Of a stretch of DNA of 64,000 bases, positions 33,908 through 46,300 are shown piece by piece. Numbering within the stretch: the stretch's first letter is position 1; every line of letters begins with the position of its first letter. A model generated the notes under the pieces. The model saw only the letters and a list, made by a program, of their open reading frames with translations. It was not told the origin of the DNA and searched no databases. The position numbers and the translations under genes are program-made. Source of the DNA: Catajapyx aquilonaris (Eukaryota); the NCBI GenBank assembly GCA_000934665.2, contig KZ538938.1, forward strand, positions 1 through 64,000. Direction: 5' to 3'.

Positions 33908-36802
33908 TTAGCACCCAACTTTCTGTACAGGCTTTGGAAGTGCAGAGCCATTCATGATGTCACACTCCTGACGGATCTTCTCCAAAATGGCTGTTGCCCC
34001 ATCCTGTAGCATTATTTCTGCTAATTTCTCTCCCACCTTTCCAGCCACTCGGGCTTCTTTTGTATTCAGAATCCCTGAGTCATGCCTGACCCTCTTAGCT
34101 TCAGGACATCCATCAGGTTCAAGTTCCTGTACAATTTCATGTATCAATTCCTGCTTCCCATCAAGACTCCATATTCCACCTTTCATGATGATTTTTCCAT
34201 CGGATACTCTGGAAGTGACTCCAATTGGAACTGAACATCCACCTTCCAGCTTCCTCATAAAACTCCTTTCTGCTAAACATGCTAATGCAGTTTCTTGGTG
34301 GTTTAATGCTGATACTATATTTAAAGTTTTATCATCTCCTTCCCGACATTCAATGGCAAGAGCTCCTTGCCCTACTGCATGCAATGTATCCAGATATATC
34401 CCTAGCCTAGAATCAAGTCCTAAGCGGGAAACACCAGCTGAGGCCAAGATGAGAGCAGAGTAACCAAATTCAGGGTCATCTAGCTTGCGGAGGCGGGTGT
34501 TCAAATTACCCCGGATATCTTTGAATGATAGATGAGGGTACATGTGAGTCAGCTGGGCTTTGCGGCGCAGGGAACTTGTTCCTGGAAAAGTAAAATAGCA
34601 CTTTGTATAAGTACTTCTGCAGCCTTGTGCTCTCCCTTTGAAAATTTTGTTTACACTATCTTATTACATCTGAGTTGGATGTGTAAGTCAGGGTCTACTA
34701 TGCTACTTAATTTAGGCAAAATCATGTATCATTATGAGAACACATTGAATGACAACCAGTTGCTCTCCCACTGATAAGCTATACCCACACAGTACAGTAC
34801 TGGGCATTAATTCTGTCGTACTGCTAGCAACATTTCCCGATGCGGCAGAAGTGCAAATCGAAGTGATAGAGTGCGCACCATGAGAGTAAGAAATGGTAGG
34901 CCTTGGGTGACATCACCGGCTGGGGGGCAATGGAGAAAAGGCTTGTCCCCAGCCGATGACGTCACCCAAGGCCTACCGTTTCTTACTCTCATGGTGCGCA
35001 CTCTATCACTTCGATTAGCACTTCTGCCGCATCGGGAAATGTCGCTAGCAGTACGACAGCAATGTCCAGCACTGTACGAAACATCTCTGGTCTCCATTAT
35101 CATGGTCTCTCAAGATGGCAACCTTTCCATGGAAAGGAGTGGAGCTGTTTTATAATTATTTTTTGCTAATAACAATGATAAGTACTCAGATGTTCAGCAC
35201 TTACAGGGGTAAATGCATTTGGTAACTGCAGTGACTGATGTGCTTCAAAGACAGAGGTAAGAGGCTGGGGGGATTCATGTTGTTTTAGAACAGCAGATAC
35301 CGGAGAAGACAATAGCCCAATCAACTGGCTTGGTATAGGAAGGGAGTGATCAAAGAGTGCCAAAGTTGCTAATTATTATGAACTGGTGCATGCCCAAACG
35401 ATGTACATATACCACATGCCATAAATTGACAGGAATATGACAATTCAATGGTCTACGTCTCGAAGAAGTCAAGCCGTAGAGTTCCAGTGGAATCATGTTT
35501 ATTGGAACCCAATCAGCACTCCTTTTCAGGCTACCCATGGAGTGGTGGCATAAATGACCTTCACCTGCCTACTACAGTCACAAAACATTTTGCAGCACAA
35601 TATTGCCATCTGCAACTACTGTATCAAGCAATAGGCCTACTTGACACTGTCACTTTTTAGAATACTGTGTGGAACAAAAGGCAGCTAACATCTGTGCATG
35701 CATGAAAATGTCATGAACTGCTTGCTTATCAGCTAGTTTGCAGTTTTGTACATAGACTAGGCCTGCAAACTATTAGCTGACAAGGGTGCACACTTTTTCA
35801 ATAGGACTTTCACATGACACCCAGACAGAGTAGGTGATAAGCTAGCAGTCTGCAATATTTCTACCAATATAGATGTGAGGTGCCTTTTCTTCTGCACACT
35901 ATACCAATTTGTCTCATTATTGCATTCCCAATGGGCATTTAACTATTATTGCGTAAAATAATATGGTGTACCTATTATGCTTCCTTTAGGCAGTGTCTCG
36001 AGAGTAAATGATGAGTGAGCTTCATTGAAAATGACCGCATCACGTGGATCTTCTCTCCTGAAAAGAATAAGAATGAATGTTGCACACGCTATTCCAGTCT
36101 GAACAGAACCAATGATAATACTTCATGCATTTAGGGTGCTTACTTTCCAATAGCACCAATAATCATCTTCTCAGGTAATACAGTCGGGAGGTCCTTTAGA
36201 GAATGCACCACAAAGTCCACTTCATTGTTAGCCAGAGCAATTTCTAGCTCCTTCGTGAAGAGGGACTTCTCACCAATCTTAGACAAAGCCACATCCAAAA
36301 TATTATCCCCAGTAGTGGACATTGTCACTGAAACACATGACTGCTTATGTATTCCGTAAATTTCAAAGTTATAACACACCTTACCAATTTCAAATTGGGA
36401 TTTGGGAAATTTTTCCTTGAGCTCATCAATTACAAGATTGGTTTGTACCAAGGCCAGCTGAAAAGGATGCATGAATATTAATGAACCACACCCTGACCTT
36501 AATGCATTAAAATTAACCCAGCAAATCTTAAATTCAGCAATGCCTAAATTTTGGAACATTTACTATCACATTCATGAGAGTGCATTTTTCACTTTTGCAA
36601 AAAGGCATGACCACAATTTCTCTTAGAAGCCACTGGATAAATATTATTTCCTATGAAAAGATGCCTAGCAATAGCAGTAGTGAAACCAGCCTCGTAACCT
36701 TCCTCATCTGCTAGCCAGCTGTTCCAAGTTACATAACAATAATGGAGTCATTATTACCTGGCTCTTTCTCGTTCCAACTTTAAACTTCAGCTCTTCTGCC
36801 AT
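33908..36802 (-). CDS. HMBS: Porphobilinogen deaminase (hydroxymethylbilane synthase), 5 coding exons
   Basis: Exons 36802-36758, 36457-36385, 36327-36144, 36057-35972, 34581-33908. Motifs [53 protein letters not shown] and [10 protein letters not shown] (cofactor Cys); AATAAA on minus strand at 33837-33842. Confidence 0.97.
34795..35074. mobile_element. Tc1/mariner-type palindromic MITE in HMBS intron 4
   Basis: TA|cagtactgggcatt ... aatgtccagcactg|TA; nearly the whole element is self-complementary; related copy at 49406-49567. Confidence 0.85.
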
Positions 36803-37381
36803 GATCGTAATGGGATTTTTAAATTAAAAGTCCAAGTCACTGAAGTCTGCTCCTAGGTAGGGTACAACTGGACATTCGGTCTGCAGACAGCGTACTAGTG
36901 TCATGCCATATGAAGGAATTCTTCCGGAATGCCGAATCACACGATTGAAACAGTCGAGGCCATTTTCTCTCTCACATTCGCCAGCAGACACCTCCACGGA
37001 TGTAAAGTTCCGGATTCATTAATTACATGTTATTAGCATAATATTTAATTCGTCATTACAATAGCCAATATTCAATCAAAACATATTAAAATTTTATATA
37101 TTTCGCATTTGATACAGTACTGTTAAAATTTAGTACTTTGACTATCCTTGCCCTAGGTGGCATTGCGCCGAGTCGTTCGCCATCTTTCGGTCGATTCTGA
37201 TAAGTATGATTTGCCGGTTTGCCCATGCGGTTGTCTTTTGGCGTTTCTAGATAGTCGTTGGATTGCCCCACGGATTCAGAAAGATTGCACGTGTTGGTAT
37301 AGTCGACAAAGCGGTGGTTGAGCTCGTGGCACGAAGCGGCTGTAATATCTAGAGCTTCTCTGTACTGGTGCATTCCAGACT
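36803..37381. promoter_or_regulatory. Probable bidirectional promoter shared by HMBS and fibrillarin
   Basis: Divergent ATGs 580 bp apart; CpG-richer than flanks; E-box CACGTG at 37288-37293. Confidence 0.6.
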
Positions 37382-40300
37382 ATGGACAATCGAGGTATGT
37401 GGTAACTGGGCCAGGCTCGCCTGGTGCCCGACAAGTATCGGTGGGGATCAGCAGCCATGCTGCTAGGCCTAGCCATGCCACTTTGTAATTTGTGATATTG
37501 GAATTTCTGTCAGCTCTGCTGTGTAGGGGCTGTTGCCAGTTTATACTAGGGTCTTTTGAATTGTGTCATGTAGCCTAACTAAGTTTGTAACATTTGGAAA
37601 GTAGTTTCAGAGTGTGTTACTCATCAATCAACAGATATTAAAAGTTAATGGTGTATTTACTAATTCGCAAGGACTGATGTTTTGGTGCGACATTTTAGCT
37701 CGAGTGAGAAGTGGCTTCTGGCCCTTTGTTACACTCATGCTGCGACGAGTTCTTGCAAGCATTTGAACACATCGTAAAGCCGGCTACACACATTTCGAGT
37801 TACTCGGCCGAGTAGGGGATTATGTTTGGGCAGTAGCCTACTCGCCCTGAAACCCATTCGGGCGCTGAGTGAGCATGCCCAGTAGGCTACTCTCCGCACT
37901 GCTGGGCCAAGTAACTTGCTATGTATGTATCCAGCTTAAGGGTGTGGGATTTGTGTAGCAACTGCTGGCATTGTGCAATTGCTGGTGTGGATTCACCCGA
38001 AACCTGGAGGTCTTGTCAGTAGCCATGTTGCCAAGGTTACTGACAAGTATTGCTTTTCTTCTAGCAGAAAAACAAAATGCACATCGGTCTAGACTGAAGG
38101 ATAGTTTCATCTTTGTAGACTGTGCTTTACACCATGTGTGCCATAAGTTATCTTGCATCCATAATGGACAATATGCTCATAGACACTTGCTTCCACTCAC
38201 CCTTGTGATTCCCACCTTCAAGTGTTGAGTGGAATTATTGTACCATTGAAAAGATCGTTACATGGGCTTTTTGACAATGCATGCAACTTATTGCCACACC
38301 TGAAGTTGAGGCAACAAGAGTAAGTGGAAATTAGCATCCACAAGATATATACCAATATAGATGTGAGCTAACTTAAATGAAATACATGATGTTGTTATAT
38401 GCAGTACCACAACATGAGCTTGAAACATGATTTTTCAATTTTTGTTATTGAAATGGCCACAGAAAATACTAGGAACCTTTCAGAACTGTCATGGAAATAG
38501 TCAATGATGCCCAATTTTTTGAGCCCCGTAGTGTACACTAAACCATGACTGGAATGAAATTAGCATGTGTGCATTGATTTCAGTTAGCTTCCCATACACT
38601 CATACAGGGTGACTCTGAAGTTGGGACACAGTTAATTGGATTGTATTGTTGGTTGTCAGTTGTGCCAACTCCCAAGTTCCAACTGTGCCAACTCAACTGT
38701 TACTGTCTGTCAACAACCTGCCAGTTGGCACCACTGGAAACCAACAATACAATCAAATTATCTTATAGATATCTACCAGTATTGCCGCCTGGCAGAGCTT
38801 CTCCATTGCTTCATGTGGTACCCCTGTTGGAATTTTTTAACCTGTTCCAGGTGCCATTTCAAATGGGCGAAAGTGCAGGTAGACAGAGCTGCTGCTCGAT
38901 GAGGGAAAATCATTGCAGGAAAGGTCACCCAGCTGGCAGAGATTGACACGTTAGGGAGGAGAGCAAGGTGCCATAGTTGTGTATACAGTATGTGCAATGA
39001 TCGAAATATGGGACTGGTTTAGAGCAGTTTTAAACAATCTCTTAAATCTCCTTATAACAAGGTATTACTTCACTTAAAACGGCATGCAGGTGTAGTCGAG
39101 GTCGACCAGTTTTTAGAAATGCACGATCTGGTGGTTATACCAGCATGCCGGTATAACCACCAGATGTAATAGAAACCGGTCGACCTAGACTACACCGGCA
39201 TGCCTGTTGGTTGGTTGGTTGGTTAGTTGGTAGGAAGGGTTACCCAGCCTGTATGGCTCTGTCTGAGTCGAGCCTTGGCAGCCGGGGGTAGGAGAGGAAG
39301 GTGTGGGATTGCAAGGTAGGGTGGGTTAGAAGGGTGGGGGAGAGGAGGGCCGGCCCCGGCTGTACTGCAATGCCGGGTGCAACCCAGGGACGGGGGTGGG
39401 ATATTCTCCCAAGCACCCCGTCCGACCAAGAAATGCAAGTCAGGTCCGAGGACCGCTCGAGGAAGAGAGTACCGTCGCTGGCGAACCAGCCGGGGCATGC
39501 CGTTTTAAGTGAAGTAATGCAGTATTTATGGCAGACCCATCATCTGTGTTACTCTTGCAAATGAATGACCGCAATTATTTTCTTTCATTGAGCAGCAGCT
39601 CTCTAGTGCCCGTCTGCTTGTTTGAAATGGCGACTGGGGGGGGGGGGGGGAGGGATGATTTATTTGATTTATTTGATTTATTTACCCCTTATTAGAGCAG
39701 TGCTCTTTTCGGGGGACACACCTCCACTTGCTTACACTCAGGACATTTGAATTCTCTGCGATACATTGCAAAAAAATTATGAACACTAAAAATAAGAGGA
39801 GGATTCGGAGAACAAAAAGCCTGTAAAATTTTGTCGTGTGGGACCTTTGGTAAACAAGAAAGAAATTAAAAACGTGGGGTGCGAAAATATGGACACACAT
39901 ACAAAAAATGAAACAAGTCCATATTCAAATTCGTGTTACACTATTCACATTTGGTTTCGGTAAATTCAATCTTAACTCCATCACACCAGAGATAAACTGG
40001 GAAACCACGCAAGGACACCCAGGTGCGTAAAATTAAAACACATACCACATGCAGCATGCAGCAACAGGAGAGCTCTGCCAGGCGGCAATACTTGTGGATA
40101 TCCATTAATTTTCACCACTGTAACTGATTCTACGAATCACCCCATTCTTTGCAATTTTTTAAAAAGACAAAGATTTAGATTTATATAAATAGTGTATTCT
40201 GTTATGAAATTTAACTACTTAACTATTGTTCTTTCTTGTTGCAGAATTTGCCCCACGTGGGCGAGGCGGATTTGGTGGTCGTGGTGGGGGTGGACGGGGC

Positions 40301-43300
40301 GGGTATGGAGGAGGTGGGGGTGGACGGGGTGGGTATGGGGGTGNGGGGTGGGTTTGGAGGTGGACGGGGAGGTGGACGGGGTGGTGGACGGGGTGGATTT
40401 GGAGGGGGAGGTGGACGGGGTGGGTTTGGAGGTAGGGGCAGAGGTGGAGGTGGAGGTAGAGGTGGGAGGGGAGGAGGGCGTGGTAGGGGCGGAGGTGATG
40501 GCTTCCGAGGAGGAAAAAATGTCGTCATTTCCGGCCATCGCCATCCAGGAGTGTTTATTGCTCATGGGAAAGAAGATGTGGTGATCACCCGCAACCTGGC
40601 TGTAGGTGATTCTGTGTATGGCGAGAAACGCATTTCGGTTGAAGAAGATGGTGGGAAGATCGAGTACCGTGTGTGGAATCCCTTTAGGTCCAAGCTGGCA
40701 GCTGCTATCGTAGGGGGAGTTGACAATATACACATGCCTCCTGGAAGCAAGGTGTTATACCTTGGTGCAGCCTCGGGAACAACTGTTTCCCATGTTTCGG
40801 ACATTGTTGGACCAGTAAGTATACGTTCTGTTTCTGGCTGGTTGCATACTGGTGTCATATACAGGTAGACCCTATTTTACAATGGGGTTAAAGTTCCATT
40901 TAGTCCTACAAATTCATAATAAGCTAGCAAGCCAGGATTTTCACTTTTCACTAGCATGTAAGGAAGTGCAAGGTCAAATCTTTGCCTTCAGTTATCTCAA
41001 AACTGGCTTTTTGTACTTTGTGTTTCTCTTGTGTGCTAACAAAATGTTAGAAAACTCCATTGAGTTGGTGTACCCAGATTAAGTGAAAGTCCAATGCTAA
41101 CATTGAATGTGAATATACTGACCTTTTAGAAAGGGTGTTTATCATCAGGTAATTAAGCGGTGATGTTAACAATATGTTATTGATTGATTGATATTTGACC
41201 ATACCACAAATGTCAGAAGAGGACTATAGTGTTTCCTATTGCCCCAAAGTCCTCAGTTGTTAACCATTTTGAGAGTGCACAGCGTTTAAAATGATTCCTA
41301 ACTTTGTCATTGCAGGAAGGGCTTGTGTATGCTGTCGAGTTTTCCCATCGATCCGGTCGTGACCTTCTGAACGTGGCTAAGAAACGGCCCAACATCATTC
41401 CCATCATTGAAGATGCCCGACACCCCCTGAAGTATAGGATGTTGATGTCGATGGTTGACACGATCTTTGCTGATGTGGCTCAACCCGATCAAGCCAGAAT
41501 TGTTGCCCTGAATGCCCAGCACTATCTCAAGACAGGGGGACATTTTGTCATGTCCATTAAGGTATGGGGTCAAGCAGTGATAAGGCTATTCACAAATGAA
41601 GTGCAGTTGCTCTAATGGCAAATCACCTTGTCATTAGCATGGAAAAATCGGCCACATGCAAAAGAGATTGGTGAAACTGCATTCACCAATCTCTTTTGCA
41701 TGTGTTTGAAACTTGATAAGGTAGAGCAGGTAGAGCACATAATACACCCAACATTTTTTTATTACACGAGCTGCAATTTCCAAGTGTAAGAAGTTATTTC
41801 ATAGTGTGATTTTAAAATTTTGGTAACACGTTCAGAATGGCAATTTCAGCTGCATGTGAGCTGGCAATATTATAGATTGAAAAGTCAGGCAGAGCTTATC
41901 GGTGTAGAGAGAGGTGGGACAAGTGTCACTGTAGAATGTCATTGTTGTCATGTCAGGAACCTTGTCTAGCCTTCCTCAAGTTGGCTAAGCCTACTTGCAT
42001 TTAGGCAGAATATTTTAACCACCCCAGTCACTACAAACTATCCGTTTATTTAATATAGGCCCCTGTGTTTGACTCAAAACAACTCCCAGGGAAAAGATCC
42101 AAAAATTAATGTTATAATCGTTGGAAAGCTGGTTTAAATCCGCGTTACATATAATATGTTGTGTATTGGCGGCTGGTAAGAAGGACTCAGGCTGATGAAC
42201 TAAACAGGTGTATTGCAAGTATAAGATAGGAGCTCGAGAACAGACCAGCTACTCGGTCTGTTCCTACATACCAGACAACAACAAGTCACAGTTGTCTGGC
42301 AACTGGTTACAATAATGTCAGGACACAACACTCCTTCCCCCCAGAACAAAAGTCAGGAAGCCATCTTCCACAAGTTGACTAGACGTAGTCCTGTAGGGGT
42401 GGTGGTCGTCGGGTGACCCTTCCACTCCAGCGCAGCTCGGGACCAGGGTGTGGCTCCTCTGCTGCCTCTGCTGATTCTGCCACTGTCTCATAGTCATCGT
42501 CGTTCCTCCAAAATCTTTGGAGCAACTGCTCCGCTCGCACTCGCACTGCTGGGTCCACCCACTGGACTGCTTCAGGAGGCCCTTGACGGACATCCGATGT
42601 ACCCCGTACTGGTGTATCATCGTCCTTCCTCCCCAATCTTTGGAGCAGGTGGTTCACATGTCGTCTCCATTGTTGTCCTCCTGCAACTTCCACCAGGTAG
42701 GATCTGGGACCTGCTGGAGAAATAACCCTCCCTTTGGCCCAATTCTCCCTGAGCATCTCCTCCAACGTCTCACCATAATCACAATTGGCCGACAACCTTC
42801 GAAGTTCTGCAACATACTGAGCAACATCTTCCCCCACCTTTTGGTCCCTCTTATGAGGTGTGACCGAAAAGTTCCCGGACTTTGTTCATAAAAACATTAA
42901 TATTTACTTGAAGTCATAATTGCCACTGCCACCTTCAAAGTAGTCACCTTGGGCACGTATACAACAATTCCAGCGAATTTCCCATTTTTGGAAGCACCAA
43001 AAAAATTGGGCAACAGTAGTGTGTTCAACACCTGCTGCGATTTTGCTCAGATCTCTTTAGTGGAGTCAAAATGCCTCCTTTTGTACCCAAATTTCATTTT
43101 AGGGAAGAGGTAGAAATCACGTAGTGCCAGGACAAACGAATATGCAGGGTGGGGAACAGTGGTCATGTTATTTTTTATCAGGAAGTCCCTGACTGCGCGT
43201 GAGGTGTGTGCAGGCGGCATTGTCATAGTGCAGCAACCAGTCTTATGTTCTTCCACATCTCCAGCCATTTGAGCCTAAATCTTCTCAAACCATCCGAGTA

Positions 43301-46300
43301 GGCCCTAATACTTGCCGTTGACAGTTTTACCAGGAGGGAGAAACTCCATATGCACAATTCCTAAAATGTCAAAGAAAATGATCAGCATTGAGTTGATTTT
43401 GCTGCAAACTTGACGTGCCACCTTCGAAGCTGTTAACCCACTCATATGTTATTGCTTGTCTTACAACTTGCTCATCAAAAGCCTTGTTCAGCATTCTGTT
43501 GGTTGCATCCGAAGTTTTGTTGAGCTGGAAGCAAAATTTACAAATCTTTTGCTCCCTAACATAAGCGATTTCGAAAAATCGCAGAAGCACAAGAACAGGG
43601 TGTCAAGAAAACTGCCGAAACTCGGAAACATGTGCACCTATGAAGACGAAATTTTTCAGACTAATAGATGAAAGGTGCACCTAGCGCCCCCTAATGTCAC
43701 AAGTTCGTACCTCCACTGGATTGCACGGTATATCGACAGTCCGGGAACTTTTTGATCACACCTCGTATGTAAGTGGAACCGTTCCACAATAGGTGAAGGG
43801 GCAGGTACGTAGTGCCTTCTAAGTGTCTCTACGATAGTGGAGTAAGTGGCTCCAATTGGTGAGGTAGGGCTCATGAGTGACCTGAGTAAAGCATCATAGG
43901 TATCTGCTCCACACATTGACAGGAACAGGTCACCTTTCTGTTCATCCTTTATTTTGGCTGCCCTGAAGAAAATCTGGCATCTCTCTTCATAGAGAGTCCA
44001 GTTCGCCGCCGTTCCAGGTAGGAAAGACTCCAGGGGCTTCACCATACCAGGGGCCATGGTTACCAACAAACACTAACCTCTTGGTGAAAATTCTGTCCAC
44101 GTTGTGGAAACATTGAAACATTGAGATCGCCATTTCTGTAATTATAATTAAGTTGCACGCCACTGTTATCTTGGCTGTTTATAATCTGAATTACTTCTCG
44201 AATGTATCGACGGCAAGCCAGAAATGTGCGTGATAAGATTACAATGTGCTCTATTGCACTATAAATTTTAAAGTATTGATTTAGTAGGTTTAATAGAAAA
44301 GGACCCAGCCCGCTTTCTGGCGGGAATAGACGGCGATACTTTTAAATACGTTCAAAAATTTTATTGTATTAGAACACAGTGTAATTTTATCACACACATT
44401 ACTGGCTTGCCGCTGATACATTCGCGAAGTAATTCGGATTATAAACAGCCAAGATAACGGGTGCAATTAACTTAACCCTAATAAGACGGGCGTCACATAT
44501 GCTGTGACAGTGGCTTTAAAAAATTCGGCTGGCGAAACTATAGCGTTTTCCCACTATGTAACGAGGTTTCTGTGTGGCTTTTTTAATTTTCTCTCGCGTA
44601 AAAAATCGCGAGTTTTGGACTACAAAATCGTGCATAAATAAACCGGATTAGCCTGATTAACTTGAATGAAATCATCTTTTTGCGGCCGCTGAAAAAAAAG
44701 CGTCAAAAAAAAAATCCGACCTTGACGGCAAATTTTTGGCATACCTAGTTGCCCCCAAACCTCAAGAGATTCCACCCTAAAATTAGTGCAAAAGATGATT
44801 CAATAGTTTTAAAATAAATAAATAATGTTCATAAATGTCAATTACCAGTTGCCGGGAGTCTGCGCACTTCAACCCCGGCATCAGGCTCGCTGGACGGCGC
44901 ATGCTCCCCGCGGCTTTTGAATGGCTGAATGTTTACATTCCTGAGGGAGTGTGTTTGTTTATCATTTCTGCACGCCTGGCTGGCCTGTGCCGTAATTCAT
45001 ACTGTGTGTTTATGTTCTGAGTAGTTCAGAGATGCCAAGGCTACGTACCGATAATTTTTTGTCAAGCAGGCAGAGTGACAAAAAAATGGAGTAGGCGCGA
45101 AACAGACTCCTTTGCACCATTTTGCTGTACATATGAGAGTTTCCACTGCATGTGCATGAGAGTAGGGCCACATAGATGGCCTCAGGATCAAGCCTGGACA
45201 CTATACGATCGTATTCACTAGTATTTTGAAGTCCCGTCCCCCAAATCCCAAAAAAGCGATTTTTTTTTTGCAGATACTTGCAAAACCGCGAAAAATCACC
45301 CGTCTTATTAGGGTTAATTATGATTACAGAAATGGCGATCTCAATGTTTCAAATACAGTAAAACTTCTATAAGTCGAACTTCCCTAAGTCGACGTTCTCT
45401 ATAAGTCGAAGAAAATGATGAGCTTGGTTGGTCACAATGTAAAATAATAGGAAATAAACTTCCCTAACTCGAAGTGCAGGCAGGGCCTTGCGATGGGATA
45501 TCAATGCATTTTCAGTCTCCCTAAGTCGAAGTTCATGTTGGCGAGTACAGAAAATTTTCTCATTTCCCAGCCGAAGGGTCGAGAGTAGGCCACGTGGACA
45601 GAAAGGCTCAATTTCCTGATCTTCGTCTACCAGATGTACCGAAAGAAGTGCTTGACTCGATTGTGACAATTGAATCCTTGGATCTAAGAGTAGGCAAATG
45701 GCCATAACAGAGATTTTTTACAACAAAACAATGAGGAACATTGTAAGTGTGACAGTTATTTTTAAGTTTTGAACACCTTCGTCACTGGATATAAAGGTAG
45801 GCTTCCTTATAGAGTTATGTGCTTAAAAAATTGCAAACTTCTCTAACTCGCATCAGACAAAGATGTGCACTATCCAGGCTTCACAGGTGGATTTTTTTGG
45901 CCTCCTGATAGTGTCATAAAAATTCACTTTGTGGTGTAACGTCTACAACTAGTCAAAAAATGACACTTTTCCGCCTTCTTTTTACGATAAATAATTAGAG
46001 ACTGACGATAGGAAAACAACTTGCATATATGTAACGTGGATTTAAACAAGCTTTCTAACGATACATACCATTATTTTTTTGGATAATTTTCCTAGGAGTA
46101 GTTCAGAGTAAACACAGGGCTCTATATTAAATAAACTGATAGTAAATGGACTTGACCAGGCTATAGAGAAGAACAAGTGCTATAAAACTGTAAAAAGACC
46201 AAAAACTGCCAAAATTGTACCTATAGTTTTTCTCTTGTATGCCCACAATGTGTAAGTGTCAAATTCATAAACTCTGGTGCATATGTGGTTCCACAGTTAA

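Noticed and set aside
34807..35155. Mirror-image ORF pairs on both strands (also 52959/53622, 52640/54205, 47434/48041)
   Set aside because: By-products of palindromic DNA, with no protein motifs.
36825..36850. Iron-responsive element in the HMBS 5' UTR (CAGTGA on minus strand)
   Set aside because: Flanks do not pair and the bulged C is absent.
40340..40350. Frameshift in the fibrillarin GAR exon (pseudogene or programmed frameshift)
   Set aside because: Coincides with an N inside a G-rich repeat; the rest of the gene is intact, so an assembly artefact is more likely.
40192..40733. Pro-, Thr- or Trp-rich ORFs overlapping FBL exon 2
   Set aside because: Shadow frames of the GGN-rich GAR repeat.
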